Under the pieces are notes generated by a model. It ran no database searches, was not told where the DNA came from, and saw only the letters and a program-made list of their open reading frames with translations. 64,000 nt of DNA from assembly GCA_021613535.1 (NCBI GenBank), contig CP075495.1:2542001-2606000 (forward strand). Direction: 5' to 3'. Both the position numbers and the translations under genes were made by a program. Shown piece after piece: positions 27,682 to 49,900 of the stretch. The DNA comes from Adineta vaga (taxonomy: Eukaryota; Animalia; Rotifera). Each line of letters begins with the position of its first letter. Positions within the stretch are counted from its first letter, which is position 1.

Positions 27682-28977
27682 TTACTGAATTTGATATATG
27701 CTAACACCCTGTTCTGTTAAAATTGCTAAAAATTGATCTTCTAATTGTACAGCATAAAGTGGTGAAGATTGATAGAAACACTTTTGTTTAATTTCTCCTT
27801 GTGTTGTTATATGAAGAAGACGATTGTCAGCAAAATTCACAATTAACCAACCTTTCTCGTTCAATGAACAACATGAAAGAATATTGATTTTCTCATCAAT
27901 CTGTAATGATATAGTCCAAAGTTGATTGTATGTTTCCGTACATCGTAAATCTAAACGTCTTTCATTAGTCAATTGATTTAATATAATTAAAGCTAATGTT
28001 TCATTATTCGAACATTTCATATGTTCAATATATTCATTTTCTGTACAACAAATTTGTTTTCGTTGAAAAGAAAATGTGTTTTTACCAATTCCATATTCTT
28101 CAATTGTTGAATGTAATTTTTGTGTAGTTAGAAATAGACTTTTATCTGAACAAGTACAACAATACCATGATTGATTTATTTTTGAAAAGACTTGCTGTTC
28201 TTTTTCAATATTCATTGTTTGTTCATCCAAAGTAAATATGTCATTTTCTGCTATGATAATAAACTTTCCTAGAGTATTTGACGTACACATATCTCTAATA
28301 CAACCATGAATCCATGATATTTGTTTAATTAAATTGAGATTTTTATCAAATAAACATAAATATTCTTGGTGGCCAATGAGAAAATATTTCGAATTATTAG
28401 TCATAACAATACAATCATCTTTTGAGAGAGATTTTCTTACTAATTCTGATTGAATAGTTGAATAGAGATTAAAATTAACTTTGGATTTATCGAATTGAAT
28501 AAGATCATCATTGAGAATTAATGGTGGAATATCTAATTGAAGATTTTCATGTAATGTTTCATTGAATTCACGTTGAATTGCATTAATCGCTGCTTTTAAT
28601 GATTGAATTTGTTGGTGAGTTGCATTTTGTGCACGAATTAATTGAACAATTTTCATTTGAATCCATTCGAGAACTTGACGATTTTGATTGAATTTGTCAT
28701 CGTGAATTTTCATTCTATCAAGTTGTTGACATTTTTTTTCATAATATGAATCAATTGTTTGGTGCGATTGATGTCGCCATTGATCCAATTGTTGACGATA
28801 GTGATCACGATATAATTCCGACACATGATTGACTTCATTCGTTAATTGATATAATTCCGAAAGATAAACTTCATTATGATCTTTTATATGTTCAATACAA
28901 TAATTTTGTTTACAACAGTAACATAATACTCGAGCTAATCGTACACAATTTGTTATCGTACAAGAATGCTCAGACAT
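27682..28977 (-). CDS. B-box / coiled-coil / beta-rich C-terminal protein, intronless
   Basis: MSEHSCTITNCVRLARVLCYCCKQNYCIEHIKDH, QQLDQWR coiled coil, IRDMC and LDLRC motifs shared with the 23128 gene. Confidence 0.8.
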   Translation of the reverse strand: MSEHSCTITNCVRLARVLCYCCKQNYCIEHIKDHNEVYLSELYQLTNEVNHVSELYRDHYRQQLDQWRHQSHQTIDSYYEKKCQQLDRMKIHDDKFNQNRQVLEWIQMKIVQLIRAQNATHQQIQSLKAAINAIQREFNETLHENLQLDIPPLILNDDLIQFDKSKVNFNLYSTIQSELVRKSLSKDDCIVMTNNSKYFLIGHQEYLCLFDKNLNLIKQISWIHGCIRDMCTSNTLGKFIIIAENDIFTLDEQTMNIEKEQQVFSKINQSWYCCTCSDKSLFLTTQKLHSTIEEYGIGKNTFSFQRKQICCTENEYIEHMKCSNNETLALIILNQLTNERRLDLRCTETYNQLWTISLQIDEKINILSCCSLNEKGWLIVNFADNRLLHITTQGEIKQKCFYQSSPLYAVQLEDQFLAILTEQGVSIYQIQ

Positions 28978-29467
28978 TATTTTCAATGAGAAACATATGA
29001 AAAAGTTTTAAAGAAGCGCATACATATTTATATGACGTGTTATTTTTCTAATTATAAATAGTATAGACTTCACTGTTTTTTTATATGCTTAGTATGATTT
29101 TTCTGTGGCATCTAATAAATTCATGTCATGTTAAGTAGTTGGTATTTTTTCTCTGATGATTCATTTCTTATCAACACGACGTACTGCAATAAATAATCAG
29201 TTACTAAATCATCAGGACTATATTTTTCAATAGAATGTGATTTAAAAAAATTCGTTTTTACAATTAATGAATGATCTTTTTGATAGCATATCGAGCTTTG
29301 ATTTTATTCTCTAATATTAAATAAATTTATTTTGTTCATAGATAAAGACAATGTGACACATACAATTGACAATCTACATATTAATTAATTAAACAGCTAG
29401 ATTGAATTAGAAAATAAGAAAAGTAAAATGTCATGCATAATCATTCTGTGTTGTTACTCCTCATAAT

Positions 29468-37197
<7,730 letters not shown>

Positions 37198-37339
37198 AAT
37201 TGCTTATTTTTTATTTTCGAAGAAATATATTCAATACAAATACAACCTATTCGATACAGGAAAAGAAGAATTATACGGTATTATGTTATATTTGATGCAC
37301 CTACTGTATGGAACGTTTATTTTGTTGAATAACAAGTGG

Positions 37340-37489
37340 TTATATAGTATTGTTGTTAGTGTTCGAGAAGAAAGATATAGAACTATATTTCCTCCCTCCT
37401 CTCTCTCTTTCTGTTTCTAGCTTTGTTAACTTATCTAAAAATACTAACATTAGTTGATCATCCGAAAATGGATAGATATCCAAAATTGG
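37340..37489 (-). promoter_or_regulatory. Muscle-type promoter of myosin: TATA, MEF2-like site, CArG box
   Basis: TATATAA (minus strand) 37340-37346; CTAAAAATAC 37435-37444 (1 mismatch to MEF2); perfect CArG CCAAAATTGG 37480-37489; near-CArG CCGAAAATGG 37462-37471. Confidence 0.6.
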
Positions 37490-38311
37490 TATTACTCTCT
37501 GTCGTTCTCTTTCTGACCAACAATAACCGAAATTTCAACACCTATTATCTGATTACAATGCTGATGAGCTGGAAAAGAAAAACGACGTAGAAAAAGCAGA
37601 AAGACATAACAACATCAACACTTTCTCTTCCTACAATGGACATTTTTGGAAACATAGACAACAACTCATTGATAAACTATCCGAATATTCAGTATAAAAT
37701 TCTTTGTACTGAATAAACGTGATACACGTTAAATGTAGACAAACATACATCATCATTAATGTCAATTGTTTTCTTATATTGTGAATGGATTTCCATCGGA
37801 TTGAATGAATGTTTTAATTCCTAATCATGAATTGTCACATAGCACTTTTTCAATTATTTTGCTGGCGACAGAACAATGTGGAGGAGTGAATCGATAAAAA
37901 CCACAATAGGGCATAAAGTACATATCCTATCACCCCCGCTAAAGTTTTCCGATGATCTATTATATGCATGAATACTACTGACACACTGCATTACAATCCA
38001 ATCTATACATAATCTTTTTCGACAAGTGAAAAAATTGTTATGAAATTAATAATTTCAATAAGGATATAAGATCGTATACTGAATCTTAAATATCAGTTGA
38101 TTTCTTTTGATCTCGATCATAAAAAACTTTATCAGTGTTGATAGAATGATAAATTATTAGTTTTTTTTTTATTATTGCCTATAATTACGTGATGATATAT
38201 AGGTTGAGAAGAAGATCAATTACTATAGAATAGATTTTATATGAAATTTCGCGCACGAAGATATTGTCTGTCATAGTATCATTTTTTTTCCTTTGAAATT
38301 TCTTCCAAAAA

Positions 38312-39478
38312 ATGTTTTTCTTAAATTTCTTAGTATTTACTAATTTGTTTCTTTTACCTTTCTTTTTTCATCCATTTAATATCTCTCGACATCTGATTCA
38401 TATTGGTCATGAACCATTTCAACCGGAAACTTTACCAGTCAACTCCTACGAATTTTATTTATACAATATCCTCGAAAATCCTAAATCATACATTTCTATC
38501 TATCCATTTATTAAACAAAGAAATCTTTTTCAACGAATCTATAATTCTCTTTTTCCATCACAAAGAAATCTCTCGAGAAAATTATTCTATCCAAACTTAA
38601 TCCGATATACCTATATGTACATTATCGATCATGATATATCACTATTTCTTAATTCATTTCTCACGATGTATATATCCTATTTTCTATTGACTTATATTTC
38701 ATTACTTGTACATGTTTATCGAATATCAATGAATAAAACAAAACGAAAATCAATGAATGAAATTCGCGATTGTGCTAAACAATGGATTGAATCATCGTAT
38801 GTTCGATGGATTTCTCATGCTTTATTTTGGAAATTTCTTGCGGTTGTTATTTCTCATGTTTTCTATGTGATGGCAATAAAAATTACCATGCAGAGATTAT
38901 TTATTTCCTATGGACATTATCAATTGAATGATAAATCGATATATAGTTCATGGAATCTTTATAAAAATCTAAACTTAATTTTAAAATATGAAAGATGGAA
39001 TGGAATTTTTAGTGGAATTTGCACACGAATGATCTATGAATTAGGTATATTCAATATTCCCAGTAGCATTTCTTCTCATTGATAAAATGTCTCAGACGAT
39101 CTCAAGAGTATTTTCATATCACTAGGCATTACAATTCTTCCTCGTTTACTCTGGTGGCCATTTCGTACCATATTCCTTCAATCAACATTGCAATCTTATT
39201 TTCATGCTTCATCAACTGAATTTTATTTTCTACATTGTATCTGTGAACAAATTCTTCGATGTTTTTCAATTTATCTTCAGTTCTTTGCTCGTCTAACAAC
39301 AATAGAAATAGTCAATCAAATGCATGATCATCCCAATCTAAATAAATATCCTCTTCTATCCCTATTACGACATCATCATCATCTTAAGCAACCATGCTCA
39401 TTTCTTCTATCAATAAATCGAATTGATGCAAAACTAATTACAAATGGTCTCTCTTTCTTTCTTCGACAAGCTAATTAA
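38312..39478 (+). CDS. Divergent mitochondrial carrier homolog (MTCH-like)
   Basis: HPFNISRHLIHIGHEPF (cf. MTCH P..VKVLIQVGYEP); ISHVFYV..ILKYERWNGIFSGICTRMIYE carrier-like repeat; intron at about 39046-39125. Confidence 0.6.
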
Positions 39479-39655
39479 ATGAACATGGAGAATAAAAAAA
39501 ACAATTCCATTGTCACATTTTTCTCTTTATTTATATTTTATTATCTTTATAAAATAATAATAACAAAAAAAACCTGATCTGTATGACAAAAGGAATCAGA
39601 GAAGAAGTAGAAGAAAAAAGAAAACACAAGGCACTCGTGATCATTGTATTTAAAA

Positions 39656-41206
39656 CTAAAATGTAAACGAGATTCTATTTGCATACATGAATTTCCACAA
39701 GTTTCTGACAAGTTTGACATTGTACAGAACAGCACCATATAAATTTACAATTGCACTTTTCTTGAACATATTTTCGTATGGTATTATAACCTCTTCCACA
39801 ACACATCGTTGCACAACCATCAGGTCCATGACTGGTTCGATTACATTTACGATTTTTCGTACCAAATGATCCGATACGTCGATTATATTCACAAAAATTT
39901 GAATCTTCAAAATAGATTAAATCATCTTTAGTTGGTCCAGCAAATCGACGATCACGAGAACGTAATTGTCCAAGACGACGTTGATATCGAACTTCAATAG
40001 CACTATCGTATTTTTCTTTGAGAAACGCACCTACTTCACGAAACGTAGGTAATTGTTGATAACATGTTCGAAGACTAAACGAAATCGAATGAATTGAACA
40101 AATGAAAAAAAACGTATTTCAAATTTTTCTTACCTGCAAGATCCACTGACACCATGACATTTACAAACAACACGTGTCAAACGATAAACAGCCTAAAGAA
40201 AACAATTTCTTCTCTACATTGAATTATATCTTTCTTTCTAACATACTCGTCGTCCAACTTCATTGTTATGTATATTCATTTGTCGTCGTATTTTTCCACG
40301 ACGAAGAGGTTTGCGTTTTCGTCGTTCAACTCCTCCTGTTTGATTGGAATTAATAAATGTAATCGGTGTTTGAATTCGATTTGCATCAATTTCTTTTTCC
40401 GGTGTATCAACAAAATCTCGACCAAATCGATAGCCATAATCAATATTATCGCCACATCTATTTTATCCATTCAAAAAGAAAGAACGATTAATTTTAAACA
40501 ATTCAAATCTATCTCTTACCCTCCCCATGTCCAATCGCGTGGTAGATTTTTGGGTCGTGTTGATCGACTGCATGAACATGATTTTAATAGACCTTGTTTA
40601 CACGCACGACTAACAGCATAAGTCACACCAGCAGAGAGCATCGCATGAGCAAAAGCAGTTTCTCGATTAGCTAAAATAAATCGAATAGAATTGAGAAAGA
40701 AATTAAATATAAAACATACCATGATAAAGAACAGGTCCAAAAACACTTCCATCTCGTATAGTCGAACAATTCCAATGACGATCTTGAAATTGATATTGAC
40801 ATTCTTCAATTCCTTTACTTGCACCTATAAGAACAAACAAGAAAATTCATAGTCTATTTTCAGAGAAAAATCAAAATATAAACCTTGAATAACAACAGGC
40901 ATATGATCAGCATGTAATAAACATATTTGTTTTTGACCAGTAGTTAAACTTTTTAATGTTGATTGACAATAAGGTGATGGATCATCATCAATTTCATAAA
41001 GATGATCTGCATTCATCGATGTATAGGAAGTAATGATACTTTCATTTTCACGTCTAAGACCAATATTCCTAATATAATTATAAATAATTTTATTCATCCA
41101 AATATCTTTATCGATTTCTTACTTACCACCAAACTTCATTTCGTATCACTCCATTAACCAATTGATATGAGTAAAGAAAAATCACAATCCAAAGCATTTT
41201 CATCAT
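39656..41206 (-). CDS. WNT5: Wnt ligand, Wnt5-like
   Basis: Signal peptide, [53 protein letters not shown] (lipidated Ser), [17 protein letters not shown]. Confidence 0.88.
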
Positions 41207-43941
41207 AAGCACATATTATTCTACAATATAAGAAATCAAGAAAAATGACTGAATGATAGAAACAAGCTGTTCATCTAATCCAATACGAGAGAGAGAGAGA
41301 CAGACAGACAGGTGCCGATCGTCAACTAAATAACGAGCGGCAAGATCGAACAAATCAATAGAAAGAGAGACATATATATTAAGACAAGGTCAATACTCGA
41401 ATACAAACCGTGTCAATATTCAACCTATCGGTCACTTTTGATATTTGTCTTTTCTTTCCGAAAAGAAATAAACCGTGTTAGAATGGATTATGTAAGTTTG
41501 TTTCTACATTGTTTTTATTGATATGATGATAGATTTATTCTTTTTATGTCTTAAAACAGTTACACATGGTCAATCAACAAGTGACAAACTTAACATAGTC
41601 AACAATTCTAAGAAGAACTGTTAATGGCACATGACGATTATGAAGAAAAAAAACATTTCTTTCGAAGAGCGAGAACAAGGTGTGACACTCATCAACTTAT
41701 TCAAATATGAATATATATATATATATATATAACTCATATTCATATATGTACGTGTCTTTTACTTTTTCGATACAAAATCCAAACAAATATTCATATATAT
41801 ATTAAAAAAAGAAATCGTTTGATCATGAAGATATGGTTTCATTTCAAGGAAAGACTAATAAATCAATCTAAAGAAATTTCGGATTGATTTGCATATCAAT
41901 TGAAATGAACTTTGATATCTTCGATCGATTCAATGAATTGAAACTGACTTTTTTTTGAAAAAAAAATCAGATCATCTCTATTCATAGTTCAATGCACACA
42001 TCTCAATCGTTTACAAATAAAGAAAACAAAAAAGGCGATTCTTCTCACTTCTCAATCTCATATCATACCGACAATTGTTGACTTGTTCATTCACAGTTTT
42101 GATTTAGATCAGAGAGAAAGAGAAAGACAACAATTGACAGTTTCTATTTTTCGATAAAACAACAAATTTCTTTTTTTTTATGAAGATGAGATTCTCTCAT
42201 CGACACACATATCTCACGAATAAATGAACATTCAAGTATTAAATTTCCTTCTCTCACCAATGACAATGACGTGTTAATCAAAGACAAATAGAACCTGCAC
42301 TTCTAATTCTCTGCTTTCGTGTTAATTTTAACTTAAGCTTATATCGATTTATTTGCATGTCTTAATAAACTAAAGAAAATTGCATCATTAATCCTACTGT
42401 TCATCAAGCTCTGATCGAAGGGTAAACGTTAAGACTTAATCTTTGTCGATTTTCTTTTTAATTGATTCATATAAAAAAATTCGAAGAAAAAACGAACTTA
42501 CCAAAAAAGAATTTATTGAACAACAAAAATTTTCTATGCAAGATATTGATTATTTGATACAAACACGAGTGCTAGAATAACAGTCAGATCACCACTGTGA
42601 ATTGCGATGACGGAGATGTTTGTTCAACTCGATCGATGTATATGTTGATATATATATATATATATATATATGTGTCGATTTCCTTCTCTTTTCTCACTCT
42701 CACTCTCTCTCCTCTCCTTTCTTTCTTTCTCTAATCTATTTTGTACATACATGAGACGTAACATACATACTCGTGTGAAAAGAAACGTATCAATCTATAA
42801 CAAAAGAATCTTCGTTAAGACGGATATATCACAATGTTATTTCATTTCCGGTTTTTATTTATTAGATAAAATAATCCAAATGAATTCATGACGAACTTGT
42901 ATATTGTTCTTTTTATATTCTCGTTCGTTCATATCACTATCAATCGATCTTTTGCTACTGTAATCCTTAATTGACCTGCATGGTCGACAATAATTATCTT
43001 TACTTCCATTCTTTTGTTTATTATTCTTTTCCGATGATGTTCGAAGAATATTAGTGAGTGTTATGTTACTGAAAAGACGAAGAATAGGAAAAGCAAAGAA
43101 AACGCTCAAGCAATGTGTTTGATATAGAGATACTTCGATGAAGTTGGTTGTTCATTAGCATAGAATAGATTGATTCCCTAAAGGTCAATTATGATCTATC
43201 TTTCCTCCTTTTCTTTTCTGCTTATCAATAATGATGATGACAATTAGACAATGCTTTTCCATAGACAAACTTCTTCGTCTCGATTTTCTTTTCTTCAATA
43301 ATAAATGATCTTCTTGTCACGTTCAGGTGAAAAACAGTTCGAATGTAAAGGTCGTAGACGGATATCTTTTGAATGTCAACGATTCTTGGACGCCTCACTT
43401 TTTCTTGATAATAATCGGCTATGAAGCGTGTTCACATATGTAGACTAACGATCGTTCAAGAAATGATGCTTATTCCAATTTCTTTTTGTTTTGTTCTGTT
43501 CATTAGCATACGACGACATACTCATACATATAAAATCTATTTGGTTCATACAGACGAATAGTATGTATGTATATATATATATATTGATAGTAAAAGTCTG
43601 CTGATCTTTAGTTATCATCATGTCTGTTTTAACTCCAACGATAATGACGAAATACTACATAAAACATTTTGTTCATTATTACACAAATATATATATATAT
43701 ACTCGAAAGAAACAAAAACCAGAAAGATATACAATAGAGAAAAAGAAAGTAAATGACTAGAATGAAAAGGAAACATAAAGAATGGCAGATCTGTACGAAG
43801 AAATTCGCTGAACAATATTGACTGACTTGTTTTTCGTTTTGAAATAAAGATATTTACAAAGAACAAAACGAGATTTGATTGAGAAGATTAACATTGATTA
43901 GAAAGTAAATAGAATAAAGACGAAAATTGATTGGAGGATTA

Positions 43942-46900
43942 TTAAGCAAAACTAGATTCATCATCGGACGGTGTTATTGGACGTCGTTCAACAATTGCAC
44001 GAGTCGTTGACATTGAAACAGGTTCGTTAAGCCATGGATGTTCACATGATTGATTATCATGTCTTGTTACTAATGATCGATAAGTATTAAAACTAAACAA
44101 AATCAAAGATTATCAGAATGATTAACAGAAATTTAACCTTGAAAAAAATAACTGATACTTTTCATTAGGTCCACAAGGTCGAATATCGACTTCGATATTT
44201 GCACGTTTTCGTTGTAATGGACTACGTGTACTATTTAATGAACTTGCTGCAGCAGCGGCTGTTGCAACCACGATTGTTTCATCTGTTCCCAATGGTAGAA
44301 TGGCATCTTTATTTCTTTTATTACTTGTTTTTCTTCTTAATTCCGTTTGTTGTTGATGAAATGATGTTTCAATACATTTCAAATCAAAATCTTCATATTC
44401 TTTTAATTCATTGGGTTTCTGAAGATTTTCTTTTAATTCATTATATTTATTATCAAAATCAAACATTTTTGATTTTTCATAGGTATTATCTTTTGCTATC
44501 GATGGTTGTAAATTCATCATAATAGAATTCAATGTTGCAGTATTATCTTCAACTAAAACATTGAATTCGTAAATTCTTTCAATTTGACTTTTTATCAATC
44601 AACTTACTGAACAGATCTAAACTAGGCATTGTTGCTGCTACTGCCGCTGCATTTGTTAATTGAATATCATCTTCAAGAGATTCGATCATTGCTAGAAAGT
44701 AAAATAATTTCGTTCGTAAGAAGAAGAAGAAGAAACTAACCTGTTGCTTCTGTTGATTGTTCAGTTTTTGTTTGTGGTACATTAGTAAAATAATTGATTT
44801 TTTCATTTGGATTTCGAACAGAATTTATTTGATTATTATGAAAATTTGGTCGATAGATATTCTGTTCATTTTCACGAACGGCTTGTAAACGACTCATTTC
44901 AATTGCTCGAAGTAAATCCATTACATCATTGGAAGGTACAACAGATGCTGTAGTATCATCAAGATTTTGTTGTTCAGATGTTGAATCATTTGTTGAAATA
45001 CTTGTTGTCATGGACATATTATTCGTAGCTGTTGGATTTGTTAATGTTGTTAAGCTCTGTTCCAGTTCTTTTTCTTCTAGAAAGCAATGAATAATAAATT
45101 ACAAATGATAGTTATGTTTTCAAAAATGATCTTAAAACCTTTATCGCATTGTTCAGTACGATCTAAACGTAAACATTTCAATGAACAATAATCGAATGAT
45201 ATAGATGTTGTTGGATTACGAGCACGACGTTTAAAACAATTCCGACGTTTACAATATGCACCTAAGAAACAAATTTCTTATACTATCAAGAATTGTTTTT
45301 TTATCTCTACCATCGTCACATGTAATTAGACCAGAATCCATTTCCATTTCTAATTCAGGCCATTCATCAAGTAATGTAACAAGATTCGTATGTCGTCCTT
45401 TTCGATCAACAATCCAAGGATTCTGAAATATAAAAGAATTTCATTCGTAGATTTTTTTTCTCCATCAATAAAATCTTACTTTTGGATCGAGTTCTTTTAA
45501 TGAATAAGCAATCGCTTTTTTCAATTCATTATCATCACCATCAACATCATCTTTAAGTAAATATTTCCATCGTTGTCTGGAGAATTTTTTCAAACTAGGC
45601 GGTGTATCAGGTGGAATAAGACCACGTGCAATTGTTTCTAAGAATTCTAAACGTTTTCGTTTGACATTTTTTGTTACTTGAACAATTCGATGTTTTGGCG
45701 TTCGTAGATAGGGACGAGCAATAATTTGCGAAAGAGTTTCAGTACATTCTTCAAATTCCGTTTGAATAAATTCAAAAATCATTTTCTTATGACCAGAATT
45801 TTCAAGATAATAACCATATACATATGAACAACGAAGAACACGTCGTGCACGTAATAATTCTTTAATTGCATCTTCAATAAATTTCGTTTGAGATTCCATT
45901 GTATTTTCATCAGTTGTTGTTGTTGTTGTTGTTGTCGTAATTGTTTGCATTGGTTGTGCTGATTTGGCAAAGATAATTTCACATTTTTCTTTCGCAGTTT
46001 TCGATAAAGGTTCTTCAAGTTTATAAGAATTTTCATGATTTTTAAAACGTGTATAATAATGAATAAACTAAATAGAGAAATAAAAATAAATTGTGATGAA
46101 AACGAAAATATTACTTTATTTAATTCAACCATTCGTATATGACGTTGTTCAGCAACAGTGATTAATTCTTTTTCTTTCGCTATAATTTTATTTACAGTTT
46201 CATATCGATTGCATTGAAAATAGCCACCGGTTGTACTTGAATGTTTTTTCCATGGTTCCAAACATACCCAACAAAAATCATATTTACATTTAACACATTT
46301 TATATGATTGCAACCTATATGAATCGGCTTGTGAATGTTACTACTGTAAAATGGAGACAATTGATGTACGAACCTTCATTTTTTTGTATAGAAATTGAAC
46401 AATTCGGACATTTTTTCGAATTTGTAACTAACCATAAACAATTCGCAGCGATTTCTTCTTCTTCTTCGGTTCCTTTTACTAAAACGAATATATTAACAAA
46501 ACTTTCTTATTTATATTTAATTCTCTCATTACATTCTTCTGGTTTTATCTCTGCTATTTTATCAAACCAATCTTTCCAATTCTCACATGATGCCGGTTCA
46601 TGACCTTCTTGTAAACAATCCCAACTGAAAGAAAAAGACATCAATTCAAGTACTTGCAATTCTCTCATATTTTACCAAAAATAATGTCCATTTTGACAAT
46701 TAACTGATTTGGAAAATTCTCTCATATGTGATGATTGTAAACGATCAAATACGGGCGATTGAACAGCTAACGTACAATTACTATGTGGACACCATTTAAA
46801 ATTTGGATTCGAATCAACAAACGCTTTGATATCAAATTGTAAATAACGTCGTGCCATATTTTGATCAACACATTTTTCAATAATTTCATTAGGAACAAAT

Positions 46901-49900
46901 TTAAAACAATCAATAGCTGGACAAAAAATACTATGCACAGAACCTTCGACAATTTTCATTGTTAAATATCTACAAGAAGAAAATGTCAAACAATGAAATG
47001 TTTTTTCTTTCTTTGTTTTTCATTCACTCACTGTTCCCAACAATCTTTACAGAATTGATGATCACATGAGATAACAATTCTTTCTACACCACTTTCGAAT
47101 TGTTTTAAACAAATGCCACACTAAAACAAGAACATAAATAAAAACGAAATTTTTATATGAAATTCTTACCTCATTAGAAAGATTAACTGTATCAAAATCA
47201 TTGATATCAATTGTTGTTAAACCACGTTCATGTAAAAGACTTAATGGAGGATTTACACCGGATATTTCACAACAACGAATTGGATCTTCAATCCATGATT
47301 GTAGAAGATATTCTTTTGACCATTCTAAAAAATCAAATTGAATTCATTGTTTTTTCTCATGAAAATGAAAGAATATTTCGATTCAATTTACCATAATTTC
47401 GAAGTAATGCTTCAGCAGTAAATAAAGGAATTTGTAACATATCAGCTGTTTCCACGAGAAGTAAATCTTTTGCTTCTTGTAAATCTTGAATACGTAAACC
47501 ACATGAGATCTGTAAAACAATATATTCAATTAAAATTAAATTCATATTTAGTACAATTACATCATCGGTAAGCAACGGTGATTCATCATTTTCGAAATCT
47601 TCGCAGCTATTCTGAAAAAGAAAAGATAGAAAATAATTTCACATCATCAAATAACAATTTTCATATTCAACTTACACTAAAAATCATTCTCGATTCCAAA
47701 TAAATTGCTAAATCTTTATGACCACTTTTCTCAGCTAAATATTTAAAAAAATCACTGAAAATCGATTAATTCAATCTGAAAATCTTACCAAGTTCACAAG
47801 GTGTTAACTTTTCTCGATTTTCAACGTAGAGTGCAGCACCGGCATTTAATAAACTCTAGAACAAATCAATGAATTACCGTTGAATAATTATTACCTATTA
47901 ACTAAACTTACTTCAACACATGATTTTAATCCATTTTTTGCTGCATAATGCAATGCAGTATTATCATCCTAGACGAAGAAAACATAACATTATGAATTCG
48001 ATAAACAAGTTTCAATCTTTACTGAATCTTTAGCATCAAGATCGGTTGTTTCATTCGTTTGTTTTTCTTTCCATTTTAATAATAATGTTAAACATTCATT
48101 TCGACGAACTTCATTTCCCGTTTGTAATAAACAATGAAGAGCTGATTGATTTAAATGATTACGTTTATTCACATTTCCATTATGATCAGTAAGTAAATGT
48201 CTACAGAAATAAAAACGAAAATTGAAAATTATTTTCAATTCAGTACTCCACCCACAAAACAAGTTTTAAATTTCGGATGATTTAATTACTTTTGTACTTT
48301 CCCATAGATTAAAGGTTACTCATAGATCAATTTTCATCAATATTTTTCTGTCGATTAGACGCTAGTGAAAGAAAACATTTAGTTCGCTAAAAATCAAATA
48401 TTCACTTTTATATGACGATATAAATCATGTTTTGTGCATTTAGTTTCTTATCTGATGAGAAGCTTAGTTGTCAGGTTATTTAATAGATACTTTTTTTCAG
48501 TTGAAAAAACTAATTTTCTTCTTCTTTATCGACGATATGTCGTGTAAAATATTCGTGATTGTTTTGTTATTACTTCAATGGAATTTAGATGTGTTAACAC
48601 AAGGAATATTTTCACCTCCTGAATTTACAACTACAAGCTGTTCTGGTAATAATCAATGGACAACATGGTTTGATTCAGCTGATCCACGTCCTACTCTTGG
48701 TGAATTCGAAATAACAACTCATATTCAACAAATCTTTGCTTCATTTATGTGTCCAGTACCTGTTGCTATTGAAGTAATGAGATTCTATGTTAATATTTCT
48801 TTTGTCTTATCATTGATAATATATATTCTAGGCTCGTACATTAACTGACGGAAATCCAGGACAAACTGGTGATTTATTTCGTTTATCACCTAAAGATGGT
48901 TTCTTATGTTTAAATCAACAAGTTGATGGTTTTAAACAAAAACAATGTGCAGATTACAAAGTACGTTATTGTTGTCCATCGCTTACAATGGGACAAACAA
49001 CGACAACAACAACATTTCGAACACCAATTACTATGAGTAATACTTGTGGTCGTCAAACATTTTCACCGTCAAGTTATCGAATTGTTGGTGGTGTTGAAGC
49101 TATTCCACATTCATGGCCATGGATTGTTTCATTAAGAATTCGTGATCATTTCTGTGGTGGAACTTTAATTGATTCACGACATGTTCTTACAGCTGCACAT
49201 TGTTTAATCGGTGCATATCCAAATTCGCTTCGAGTTGTAGCTGGTTTACACGAAAGATTAAATACTAATACAGGACGTACACAAAATATTGGTGTAGCAC
49301 GTATATTTATACATGAACAATACAATTCAAGAACACAAGCACATGATATTGCCATCATTCGTCTTTGTCAACCAGTACAATTAAATTCCTATGTCAACTT
49401 AATCTGTTTACCAGGACCTGATCCACAAGAATCAACATCAGTAACTGTCGCCGGTTGGGGATCAACATATCAAGGTAGCCCATTACCACCTGCTCTTCGA
49501 CAAGTGACCGTTAAAGTAACAAATGCTCAAGCTCAAGCAGCCTATCCAGCTAATTTCAATGTTCAACGACAAATTGGTGCTGGTATACCTTATGTGGGAG
49601 GAAAGGATAGTTGTCAAGGCGATAGTGGTGGTCCTCTAATGTACAATAGCAATGGACAATGGTATCTATCAGGTGTCGTTAGTTTTGGTTTTGAATGTGC
49701 ACGTGGAAATTTTCCTGGTGTTTACACACGTACAAGTGCTTATCTCAATTGGATACAAAATAAAATCAATACGAAATAATAATTTAAAAAAGAAGATTTA
49801 ACTCATCAAAAGATAAATAAGAGAACATAGAAGAAGAAATCCTGACAGTATTAATCTATTGTGACTTTTTCTTTCTTTTATTTTAATCTCTAGTAAATAT

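Noticed and set aside
41210-43940. ORFs and TCF/nuclear-receptor-like motifs upstream of Wnt5
   Set aside because: ORFs lack coding signatures and the short motifs are expected by chance; probably regulatory DNA plus the ANKIB1 3'UTR.
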